From: Octopus bimaculoides
Taxonomy: Eukaryota
Direction of reading: 5' to 3'
NCBI RefSeq assembly: GCF_001194135.2
Contig: NC_068985.1
Span: 100,642,592-100,697,503 of the forward strand
DNA: 54,912 nucleotides
In this document: in pieces, positions 35,661 through 47,610 of the stretch
Numbering within the stretch: position 1 is the first letter of the stretch
Layout of the letters: each line of letters opens with the position of its first letter
Position numbers and translations under genes: made by a program
The notes under the pieces: generated by a model
Told to the model about the DNA's origin: nothing
The model's input: only the letters and a program-made list of their open reading frames with translations
Database searches by the model: none

Positions 35661-37394
35661 AATATGCTGTAACCCCATTTGATAGGATGCGAGTATCATA
35701 ATATTTAGAATGTAGTCTAAACAAGATTGCAATATAGCAGTTTTCATATTTGCACGGTATTAAATTGCATTGGAGAAGGAGTTTTTAAAACAGCATGACA
35801 CCATGTAAAATAAATAAGAGCATCATATCAATATGATGCAAATGCATACATGTGCGATATGATAATGTACTTTTGCTCTCCTAGGAAATATGAGTAGGTA
35901 TATTAATTTGTGAATAAAGAAGTTAATAACGTCATCTTATGTGAAATGGTCTATCCGGAAGGTAATGAACTATAAGAATGTCTATAGAAGTTTTAATACA
36001 ACGTTTTTCTTTTAAGCGAAATATAAAAGGTTTATTAATTTTTCATGTAGGTCATTGATGGTTCATTGCCGATTAGATTCGAACTTTCATAAACTACATT
36101 TTAATTTCTCACTATCGTTCGCTAGTGATTTAATTTAAAATTTCATTTCATACGGCAATTTTAAAATGAAGTGAGAGCGCTTTGAATCATGACTGTACGG
36201 ATAAAGAAGATCGCAATTTTTTTTATCATACCAATAAACACCACGCCTAAGAGTAAATTTAATAATTTCGAATAATGATGTCTGCTGAGTTTATGGAATA
36301 ATTTTAGGTAGAAATATAATAACTTTTGTTCGAAGCAAGTTGTTCAAAAAATATTAGTGTGGGGTAAAATGTTCGCCGATTATATTGATTTCATCTTAGG
36401 ATTCAAATTTATGTTACTGACGCAATATAAAAACTACCAGGGTTTCTAAGATAAGATGCTTACATAGAATTTGGGACACAAATATACATATATATATAGT
36501 AACCTTTTTATTATGACGGAAAGTCTTTGCAATTTTCCAAAGGTATTTGCTGTAATAATATCTTTATTGCTTACAGAAGATTATCGACGAAACATTGCAG
36601 CATTTTGTGTGTTGTAGTTTAATTAAACGAGGTATATTTACCCAGTGGATCCTAACTGAATTAAAAACAAAAGTATGTCATTATAGGCTTATCTTATCCC
36701 ATGAAAATACGACAGGTTTAACGATAGACAGAAGGACATCGTACGTGACTATCCAGCCGGGTAATAGTAGAAGCTAAGTATTCCTCAATTATAACTATGA
36801 TGTCTTCATGAACATCACATTGTGATAAAGAAAATGAAATAAATGCCCTAGAATATCCTCCAAGGACAACACTAGAATATCCATCATCATATATGTTACG
36901 AATGGAACCGTGGTCTCGAGCTTCTATTTGCGCAGCTTTATTCGTGTGCCCAATATTCTTGAGGCTTCCAATTCTATCTTCTAATAGTTCTCAATTACGT
37001 CTGTGTTCTTCACTAGTTATATTGTGAATTCCTGGAAAGGCCGTATTTATGAAATATTTCTTTTTTATTTCACAAGAATGCCTGCTCGATGTTGTTCAAT
37101 CACATGTTCTCTTTAGAGTATAATACCACAGAAAAATATATAATTTCTTCGTTCAGTTTTAATCATTCAGATATATGTCGGTAATTTGCCTGCTCGAACT
37201 CTAAAACAGATTTCTTTGCATATTCTTACCAATAAAAGCTTTTTGTGGAAATGATGGATTATCTAACAATAATTGATGGCTTTACCTGCATGATTTGCTG
37301 TTATCTTTTCTTTACGCTACAGAATCCTGATGATCATGATCAGGTTTCTGTGTAGTTATATGTTTATATCATTTAGTATCTATTTTACATCGAG

Positions 37395-37545
37395 GTCTTT
37401 ACGTATTAAAATGCTTCGTCAAGGTCGATTTTACCATTCATCCTTCCAGAGACGATGAAAGACGTACAAGGTATGCACTGCAGTCAATGCAATCGATTTA
37501 CTTCGTCACCTGAAATTGCAAGCCTTGTGCTAAATTGTAAAATAT
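37395..37545 (+). mobile_element. SINE family A, degenerate, 5' truncated
   Basis: CAAGGTCGATTTTACCATTCATCCTTCCAGAGACGATGAAA...CCTTGTGCTAAAT. Confidence 0.65.
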
Positions 37546-38229
37546 CGTTATGAAAGATTAGCACATCCCATCAAAGTGTCACTGGGCTAGAAATATACGG
37601 AGCCCATTATACAGATCATGACAACTCGTCTGGTAAATATACACCAGGCACATGCATTGCAGATAGCTGACGTATCAATCTTTTCTGTATTTATATTCAA
37701 AGGTGAAACGGCTAGGGCAGATGTAAACACGATCAATATCTCATGTCAGAGATATCTCATGTCTGCAACTTATTATTATTTTGTAATAGCAATTCTGTGG
37801 TTCTACATGTTGTATCTAAGAATCAGGCATTTTCTTCTATCTCTCTAAAACAAAACAATTGATCACATCATTTGTGATTGTTTAATATTTGCTAATACTG
37901 TGAATATGTATTGACAGGATCGAGTCGTTAACTATTGCTATTGCGCAACACTGCGTATACAGAAAACAAGTACTATATTCATGTACACATAATGATATAT
38001 ATCAAGACCCGGTTTTTCTTTGCTGGAAAGTAGATCTGAAGAAAAGAAACCTGTCCAAATACAATAACTAGCATCAGGCAGAAAATAACGCCTGTAAAAT
38101 TATTCACATTCCAACGTTTCTTAAGAAAATATTTCCGAAAGTTGGCCGAAGAATCATTATGCATGAAGAATTGAAATTTCTGTAACAAAAATATAGAACA
38201 TATATTCAAAATTGTGCTAATAATAATTA

Positions 38230-38780
38230 ATAATCATAATATCAGTTTGGGTCTTTTGAGCAATCATCAGATTACATTCTGCTTTAATACATCTTCGTAA
38301 AGTATTGCATTCTATAGGCAGCAGATTGGGCTTCTCACCATTTGTTCTTTCCTTATTCTGCTTTCTGTTTGAATTTTATTATTTGTAAGATTATCCTGTT
38401 ACTTTGACGTTATCTAATTTGACTTCCTCGGGTGTAATTTCCACGTTGCAGATTATGACTTCCTTATGTATAGATAGTAACGTTCTACTCTATTTTCATA
38501 TTTCCGTATTACAACGATCATTTCCGTTTCTTTACTTCGAAGACTTTTCTCATTTCGTTGTTGTTCGTACTAGGTTTCTGCCCGTACATATGTCTTCGAA
38601 GAAAATATATTCTGTCCACTTCAGCTTTGCAGAGTAGATTCGAAACGCAATTAGAATTTTCCCTATTTTCATTTTATTATTTGTGAACTATGACCTGTCA
38701 TTGTACATAAAATTAAGCACACCACGGATTGTTTGTTGCAATATCCATAAATTAGTTTCGATTTGAAGCCGTCTTCCGGT
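38230..38780 (-). mobile_element. R4/Dong-like LINE remnant (post-RT region)
   Basis: Minus frames KIGKILIAFRI/CKAEVDRIYFLR (cf. KTRKLLT.....KADVDRLYLPR), VIRKYENR..YLYIRK and KNKW*E in the expected order. Confidence 0.55.
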
Positions 38781-38876
38781 CTATAGAAACCACAGTATAT
38801 GTTTGCTAAAACGTTGCATAAAACATGAGAATAGAAAACACGTCGTAATGTCTCTCAATTTATTCAACATTTTATC

Positions 38877-39195
38877 ATGGAAAACTTCCTCCGCAATGAA
38901 CATCTGGACGCTGACCTCGATGACAGAAATACTGCTCAGCAATAACAACACTTGCATAAAACCTTTCAAAACCTTATTGCAACGCTGCGAGTCGAAGGAC
39001 CAGATAACAATTTGAATCTCTTAGAGAATAAGGTTTCGCTAAATTTGTTTGGATATATCACTGATGTCTTTACATATGATGCCGTTATTAATTTTTAACG
39101 AGCTATTTATATAGGCCAAACCAAAGAATAATATATATGCGCCACAAGTTTTAGTTACTTTTCAACAAGAATTTAAGGGACCACTTGGTTCCTTT
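38877..39195 (+). pseudogene. gag: Ty3/Gypsy gag N-terminal remnant, preceded by a probable LTR end (..TTCAACA 38869)
   Basis: MENFLRNEHLDADLDDRNTAQQ*QHLHKTFQNLIATL...LNLLENKVSLNLFGYI...YDAVINF*RAIYI resembles metazoan Gypsy gag MER.LRPERLDADP....AAK.W.HW..TF.NF...L..L.N.V...VY.YI; in-frame stops. Confidence 0.65.
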
Positions 39196-39196
39196 T

Positions 39197-39578
39197 ATAT
39201 ATATATATATATATNNNNNNNNNNNNNNNNNNNNNNNNNNNNNNNNNNNNNNNNNNNNNNNNNNNNNNNNNNNNNNNNNNNNNNNNNNNNNNNNNNNNNN
39301 NNNNNNNNNNNNNNNNNNNNNNNNNNNNNNNNNNNNNNNNNNNNNNNNNNNNNNNNNNNNNNNNNNNNNNNNNNNNNNNNNNNNNNNNNNNNNNNNNNNN
39401 NNNNNNNNNNNNNNNNNNNNNNNNNNNNNNNNNNNNNNNNNNNNNNNNNNNNNNNNNNNNNNNNNNNNNNNNNNNNNNNNNNNNNNNNNNNNNNNNNNNN
39501 NNNNNNNNNNNNNNNNNNNNNNNNNNNNNNNNNNNNNNNNNNNNNNNNNNNNNNNNNNNNNNNNNNNNNNNNNNNNNN

Positions 39579-39612
<34 letters not shown>

Positions 39613-39631
39613 TGTGTGTGTGTGTGTGTGT
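39197..39631. repeat. (TA)n / (GT)n spanning gap 39215-39578
   Basis: Direct reading. Confidence 0.9.
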
Positions 39632-39795
39632 ACAAATTATGTGGTCGAAACGATTAGGTATGTGCTGTAACGGATTACTAGGGCTTCGTGGTTATAGCCG
39701 AGACGGTAGTTATGGGGCCATTGCATATTTCCGATATAGCGAATATATAATTGTTAAAGAGGCCAAGAAAATTAAAAGCGAGACAAACAGCTCAA

Positions 39796-39833
<38 letters not shown>

Positions 39834-41924
39834 TAGTTGAATAAATAGATGAGTAGATGTTTTGTGATATTAATAAATAATCAAAGAGATAGAAGGAGAG
39901 ATATATAACTTAGCTTCACATGCACACTTAATCTAAGTCTTCAGTACATTAAACATGCATGATACATACTAGATTCAGTAATCTGCCTTCAACAACTTAA
40001 TATGTGAGTGCAATTCCTCAAATGTCTGATATGGTGATGAGTCACGTCTTCAAAATATTTGCAGACAATTATAAGCGTCAACCATGAAGATTATAAAATT
40101 ACAAGATATAGGTTATAAAAATATATAAATGAATGAAATAATGTAAAGACGAGAAGATTAACATAGATTATACACGATTATAAAATCTTTTCTGAGATAT
40201 TTATACGCAAAAATGCTAAATGCATTATATTTTTTATCAGAGCGTAGAATTTTGTCTGTGAGAAATTCTACAATTAGTTTTGAATTATATCTAGTGATAG
40301 ATAAATCGAATTATATTAGCTATACATTAATATGCGAAATTCTGTCTGCTAATATTTCATAGATAACTTTATAAAATCATTAAATATATCAATCTAAACA
40401 TCAATAATTAGAAATAAAACAGTATATATGTAAACTATATATACACATTACAAGGTATTTTTTTATAGTGTTAACATTCCCAAATCATTTGAAGCCACAA
40501 TTAAATATAAGACGAGGAAAATTTTAAATAAATTTACATATACATACGCGCGCTCAATGGCATGTAGATATACTTGACAAATTGCAAGATGGTATGAATA
40601 TAAGCCCTGGACATTAGCAAGGCTGCTTCTGTGTATGTTACAACGTATGTAACAAGCATTATTTTGATAGCGTGCGTTCAAAGTGAGCTTAAAGAAATTT
40701 CTTATGATATCAATATGCCACACGTTGTGTAAATTACGATGTGAATAAACTACAATAGTTATCAGATAACATGATTTCAGCCACTTTTAAGTTGGAATAA
40801 ATGTAAACATTTGATATTATTTCTGTTTCTGTCGCAAATCATTATCTGTAAATAAAATCGTTTTATAGTATATCGCCCGGGTTTGTCGTCTATAATAGCA
40901 GCAAAAATGTTCGAAGCTTACAAAATTATATAAATATATCATATTTATATTATATATGTATGTATATATATATGCCTTTTCACCTCTCAAGATGAATAAA
41001 ATATGTTCCCGTTGAATACCGGATCCTAGGGACTCCACTTAACCCGCCCTCAAACAGCTGGACTTGGGTCAGAATTTGAAACCAATTTTGCATGTACAAT
41101 TATAACAAGATGTGAGATTTTCCTATTGATGAAGATATTTGCTGCAGATCACACATATTGATGAATATATGTATTACTGCAATTTCGCATTTGGTGATAT
41201 TTATTTCCTTCCTTGTATGAAGCAAACGTTACATTTCATAATATAATTTCCACTACCTTATGAACAGGTGAGTAATATTCTTATCGTAAATATCTCTCCA
41301 GTTTTAAGTTCTGACCAAGCGTCTTCAATAAGATTAATACATATTCCACTGGCAAGAATTCCAGGCTCCTCGATTCTAGGATTTGTACTATGCGTGAAGA
41401 ATATAACAGAATTACTAATTTCTGTTTAGGCATTTTTATTGTTATTCATGTCGCAGTTGCTCTTATTTATTGTTAATTTAACTGTGATCACTTAGAAAAA
41501 AATCAAGGCAAGCATAGACATGATCTTCACATCCTAACTGCGGCAAATATTTCGAATTCGCAGTTGCTACCACAATGGATCGAAGTTAGATATGCAGGAT
41601 AGATTAATGGAGTAAACTGATGATCACTGTAATGAAAGCAATACAGCACAATGTAGTTTCCTAGTTGCAGCTGGATGCCAAATTACAACAATTCTTCAGG
41701 AGACCACTTTATTAAATCATGTCTACACAGATCAATGCGTTTTGAATTTATCGAACTTTTACCTACATTTGTTACGTATATGATAGTCGGTAATACTGCT
41801 AAGTACACTAGTAACTGCACCATTTTACTGGAAGTCGTATAGATGCTGCTGCTAGTTGTGGTGCTTTGAACTCAGCAGTAGCGTTTGTTGCACAAGTAAC
41901 CGTACGCACAAGAAATACAATACT

Positions 41925-41953
41925 ATACATACATACACACACACACACACACA

Positions 41954-42011
<58 letters not shown>

Positions 42012-42052
42012 NNNNNNNNNNNNNNNNNNNNNNNNNNNNNNNNNNNNNNNNN

Positions 42053-42096
<44 letters not shown>
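41925..42096. repeat. (CA)n / (TA)n spanning gap 42012-42052
   Basis: Direct reading. Confidence 0.9.
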
Positions 42097-44175
42097 TCAT
42101 ATAAACTACCGTCTTCATATGAATATATGCGTATATATACATATAGATATGCGCATCCATGCGCATATATCTATTTTATGTATTTATATATTTCAATATG
42201 TATGTGTATATGTGCACGTTATCACTGTATATATGTACTCAAATATGTAGAATTTGATGTAGTTCAATATAGTTTGGTTCTTAAGTTGCTTCGCTTATTT
42301 GCCTGTCATATGACCCAGTTTTTATGCCAATTTCTCGATCTCGTCAAATTCCAAATATTTCCAATTGCTCTACAGTGCATTTTGTTACTACTAAAAGTCA
42401 AAACTTTCTGTAGACTGTCATAATTCGTATTTGCCAGCATTGCGTGACAGAAAACATTATAAGATGTCCTGTCTAGTCTGTTGTTGTTATATAATGTGAG
42501 TTTTGCTTCTGCATGCTTCGAGATAACTACTTCTATTTCCAATTATGTGCAGTCATGATTGCTGATATTCAGTTTATTTTATTAAATTTTACTTGTGGCC
42601 TACTTTTATTTACTTCTTTATTGATATTTCGTTACTTACTTTAAGTTTTAAGTTGTATGGATCACGAAAGAGATGCAGAAGTGAAAAGCTTAAATAGAGG
42701 GAAACCGGATTTAAAATATTGTGAGAGAGTAAGCAAAAATAAAGAGATTAAAAGAAAGAGATAATTGATATTCATTAAAACGGTAATACTAATGTAGTTT
42801 GGTTATTTCCCATTAGTGAAATTGACCGAAGGAAAAAAGTAAGTTTTCTTTTTAATGTAATTATTCCCTTGCCATATAATAATTAGCAATAAATTTGCGT
42901 GATATATTTGATATGAAACTCTGTTCATTTTATGGTTTACCTTTATATCTGTTTTGATATATTTTCATTTGGTTGTTTTATGAGAGATTTCTTTTTGAAA
43001 ATAATCGAATTTTATGAAAAATAAAATAGAAAAAAAAAACAAGAAAATCAATAGCTTAAAACATGTCCGTCAATAGGTAAATATATTATCTGTAAAGTAG
43101 TTAGCATTAAGTGAAATGAATTGTTTCATGTACATTGGAATTAAAAAAGAAAACAGAATCAACGTCAAGAATAAAAGAATAGCAGAAATGGAATTAGAAG
43201 GGCAAACAGAAGTATGCAATCAAATTAATAGTTTGGCATTTTGGAAATATTTTTATAGTTATTACTTTCTTTATTATAAATGCACACATAGATAGATGCG
43301 TATGACTACACACGCATGTGTATTTGAATGTCTGAAAGTGCCTAGGAATATGTGTATCTATATAGAAGCGTAAGATACTTGTACATTTGTGAGAATGAAA
43401 AGGGAAATGTATGTTGAAATTAGACTAGAGCAAATGTAGTTACTACGTTATCTATATTATCTTCTTTTATCATTATTTCAATATTATATTTTAAAATGCA
43501 GAAAACATACCCATCTATGCAGACTAAGTCTGTGATAACTATTACCGCGAATTATTGCTTTCCTGCATGCGTATTCAATTGTACTTGCTATTATAGTATA
43601 TTAGTATGTTGCAACCGAGGTTTAAAAATTAAAAGTGATAAACGGTGTTGGAGTACGTGCATCGCGCTTGCAGATGCATTCAAGATATTACATAGACTAC
43701 GTTTGGAAAAGTTTCGATTTCATTACTAGAAATATCGGTGTAAATAAATATGAAATCTAGAATAAATAATCCTTGATATCACAGGTTACGATAGAATTGA
43801 TGAGAGCTGATATGAGCTACATGTACTTAATCAAGGAACGGATATATAAAGGAATGACTTGCAGAATTTAAGGCAGAATATCTGGAAATGCTTTCTGTTG
43901 AAATCAGAATAAGAGACGAGAGGCTATGGATGTTGGATACTATATACGCCAACTGTTGCAATATTTTTTTCGAATAGAATCATGCTTGCTGCACGGAATA
44001 GGATTTCAGGTACAATTTGAAAAAAAAAAAATTGTGTCGCCGAGATCAATAGGATGCATGATGTATCCGGTTAACACCCGACAGGTGGTACTAAGTCTTG
44101 TGCCGTGTTGCATTTCCTACACCATACGAAGCGGTATTGCATTTAAATTAGTACTCGTTGAATGGCACATATATT

Positions 44176-44375
44176 ATCATGATCATCATCATGATCATGA
44201 TCATCATCATCATCGTCGTCGTCGTCATCCTCGTATTCATCATCGTCATCATCATCATCATCATAACCAGCCTTCTTCTTCTTCTTCTTCTTCTTCTTCT
44301 TCTTTTTCTTCTTCTTCTCCTTCTTTTTCTTCTTCTTTTTCTTCTTCTTTTTCTTCTTATTCTTCTTATTATTAT

Positions 44376-44424
<49 letters not shown>
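44176..44424. repeat. Compound trinucleotide microsatellite (CAT/CGT)n-(CTT)n-(TAT)n-(TAC)n
   Basis: Direct reading. Confidence 0.95.
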
Positions 44425-44426
<2 letters not shown>

Positions 44427-44493
44427 GTGGGACTGAACCTGGAACCCTGTTGTTGGAAAGCAATCTGCTTACGTCACAGATACGCTTGCGCCC
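44425..44493 (-). mobile_element. SINE family B, tRNA-like head only
   Basis: Plus CAGTGGGACTGAACCTGGAACC..GTTGGAAAGCAA matches 209-260. Confidence 0.75.
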
Positions 44494-45576
44494 ATCTATC
44501 TACGCCTATAAATCTCGGCCGTTAATTATGTGATTATCAAATTGTGTCTGTCATGTGACAGACACAATGCATCTTATAATGTCAGTGCTGAGCATATACT
44601 TTCTTCCTGATGATTTGAATACCGCTAACAATCTTGTAATTTGTGAATGGGGTTGTTTAGTACATAATTAATGATAGAATTATAATGAATTTTCGTGTAT
44701 TATGCTGGTGAATATATATATATATATATTGTTGTGTCTGGTGTGTGTTATACTGCTTTTATATTTAACACACTCACCGGTTCAATTTGCACTTACTTAT
44801 TTTATTTTATTTTTGTTTTATTCTTTTATAATTTCCAAAATTTTCCTTGTTTTTGCAACCTTGTCAATAGATATACGTGAGTGTGTGTGTGAGTGTATGT
44901 ATGTTTGTGTGAGGGTGTGTATCTTTTACATGAATATTTGAGTTCGAGTTTATGTTAAATGCAAACTATACAGTAAGATTATGTAAAGAAATTGGCATTT
45001 CCAATTCTTAATATGGGATCGCCAATATATGTGCCTTGTAAATCTTTTTTTTTATCTCATTGTCAGGAAATTTATTATGAAAGTTTTTGGTGTATCAATA
45101 TTTGATTCGATTTTTCTGTGTTGTCGTGAATATATTGTTATTAGTATAATTCGCATAATGGGTTCTGTAGCTTGCTACTGACATGGATGAGATAGCTAAC
45201 ATTACCGGGATAATTGAGAATGGTACCTGTCTTACAAATTAATTGTGCATATTTTTGTTCAGTGATATTTGCGTGATCTCTAAAGCTCACCGTCAGAAGT
45301 TTACTGTTGCCTGGGTAACAGCAGAGCGATTAATGTTGAAAGCGAATGTTTGAAGGTGGCTTTTTAAGGGCGAACATTGAATTCTAAAATGGTCGTATTC
45401 TAATGAGAGAATATTAGTCAGTAGTGGTTACTAGGGACGTGATGATAAGGATGTGATGTATGGGAATACGAAGCCTGTATAAATAGCAAGTTCAGTAGAG
45501 TAAAATTAAATGCAGTCGAAAAAAAAAATGTTTCTTACCAAACATTTCATGCTATGAAAATGGCTGAAAAAATAGC

Positions 45577-45658
45577 GCTAAATATACAGATGAAAGCCTT
45601 ATATCTGTACAGGATTGGCTAAATATACAGATAAATGCCTTAGTCCTGTACAGGATTA
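45577..45658 (+). repeat. 41-bp tandem duplication
   Basis: GCTAAATATACAGATGAAAGCCTTATATCTGTACAGGATTG followed by GCTAAATATACAGATAAATGCCTTAGTCCTGTACAGGATTA. Confidence 0.9.
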
Positions 45659-46067
45659 GCATTGGTTAACAGCAGTATATATTGCTGTAAAAGAGTGCAA
45701 AGTTATAATTTTGGTGCTTGTTGGGTAGGCATATTATCACCACGTTGTATGTTTGACGATATCGACTACATAGCATGCTAACAGTTGTAACTCGCATGTG
45801 TTTCTGCTATTTTGATTGGTTCCCGCTGTTTATGGATAGTCTAAGACAGACCATCAGCGCATCAATGCAAGTTATGGAGCAAATTTCAATATTAATTGGA
45901 TTTCTACTGTTTCAAATGAACATATATGATCTAAATATTTACGTTTACATATACATCAACATAAAAACCAGTAGACACAGTTAGAATCTTTTGCTATTGA
46001 TCTACTGCTCTGAGTCTAAATCTTCTCTGATAACAGAGAACTTTGAAGTAAGAAGGGAAACGTATTA

Positions 46068-46195
46068 TTTTCTACACTAGGCACAAGGCCCGGAATTTGG
46101 GGGGAGACGTCCAGTCGATTAAATCGACCCCTGTATGCAACTGGTACTGAATTAATAGACCTAGAAAGGATAAAAGGCAAATTCGACCTCGGTGG
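46068..46195 (-). mobile_element. SINE family A, 5' truncated, with perfect 17-bp TSD
   Basis: AGAAGGGAAACGTATTA at 46051-46067 and 46196-46212; interior is the reverse complement of the family A core and tail. Confidence 0.92.
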
Positions 46196-47139
46196 AGAAG
46201 GGAAACGTATTACAGTGTCAACAGAATACTGAGATTCACTGGTGCGTTATTTCAAAATGTAGTTGATTTGGTTTGCTAATGCCTGACTTTATTTCGATGC
46301 ATCATCTGTTAATTTACATTTGCATGATCCTATATAGCTACATTGAGATTGAATCTTTTCCATGGCAGCGTTATATTACAATGGGAGAATTTTCACATCT
46401 TCTCGGATGAGTTTGAATCTTACAAAATAACACTATTTTCAGTGAGATATTCCTCTTATTTCTCATTAGGTACATCCTCCTTCCCGGAGTAAATAAATCG
46501 ACAATGTACTAAAGAAGACGGGTAGGTCATTAACAGGCAATGCATATTTTATAGAAACTGATTCAGATAGAAGCCGCAGAATCGTTACCCTATTTTATTT
46601 CAAAGCAGAAACTTCGATCATTCAAAAGATTATACTACGATACATGGTGGTGAAACTATCCCTTTAACGTAACATATCAGTTGACGCAATCCAAAACTGC
46701 AGGCAAATCTAAATTATTATACTTATTTTCCTACCGAAATAGAAGGAATGGAGACGGAGATTTTTATTATTACGTAACGGTTGCAATCATTACAAACAAT
46801 AAGGTATTATTCAAATGATATACAATTCTTTATTTTGTCTATTTTTACCTCACTGCGCCTGTTCTTTATTTTATAAATCATTATTTCTTTGGTGGATATT
46901 TTATAATATTGTTACATAACTATCATTATGTTTCTTACATTTCTCGCTACCTCCTAGCAAATATTACATCTGCTTCAATAATTTCGGTTAGCATTGATTA
47001 TACATTCTCAAAATGGTTCCTTGTTATATTCTTTATAGCTGTATTGTTCCCAAGAACGAATGAATAGCAACATAATAACGATAATAAAAATGAGCAAAGA
47101 CTGAAATCAAGAATATATCCATATATATCTATATATACA

Positions 47140-47170
47140 ACCACGCACGCACACACACACAAACAAACAA

Positions 47171-47214
<44 letters not shown>

Positions 47215-47245
47215 ATATATAATATGTGTATATATATCTATCTAT

Positions 47246-47332
<87 letters not shown>

Positions 47333-47610
47333 TATATATATATATTACATATATGTATCTATATATATACATGTATATATGTGTGTGTGTATATATATGT
47401 ATACGTATATATAAGACAACGCACCGCTCATATAGTCACGAAAGAAAACATGCATACATGCATTCACAGAGAGGAGTGAAGTGGCAAGTATTTTACATAC
47501 GTGTACACATAAATATGCACATTTATACACACACGTACACGCACACAAACGCACACAGACGCAGACACACACACACACACACATACACACACACACACAT
47601 AAACACACGT
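47140..47610. repeat. (CA)n/(TA)n/(GT)n cluster
   Basis: Direct reading. Confidence 0.9.

Noticed and set aside
40862-40895. TAGTATATCGCCCGGGTTTGT resembling a Helitron 3' end with a deleted hairpin
   Set aside because: Too short and degenerate, with no supporting internal sequence.
41120-41275. GPCR TM3-like translation (FPIDEDICCR..CITAIS..KRYIS) and a GTGAGT donor at 41268
   Set aside because: Stops within the motif, no other TM segments nearby, and all frames before the donor are closed; likely chance in AT-rich DNA.
42306-42542. Minus ORF faintly like an unclassified transposase C-terminus (LD..SYNVFC...KMHCRA..IW)
   Set aside because: Only scattered residues match from memory; cannot be supported without a search.
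43926-44525. 199-aa poly-H/S/Y ORF and its poly-K/D antisense
   Set aside because: Translation of the compound trinucleotide array.
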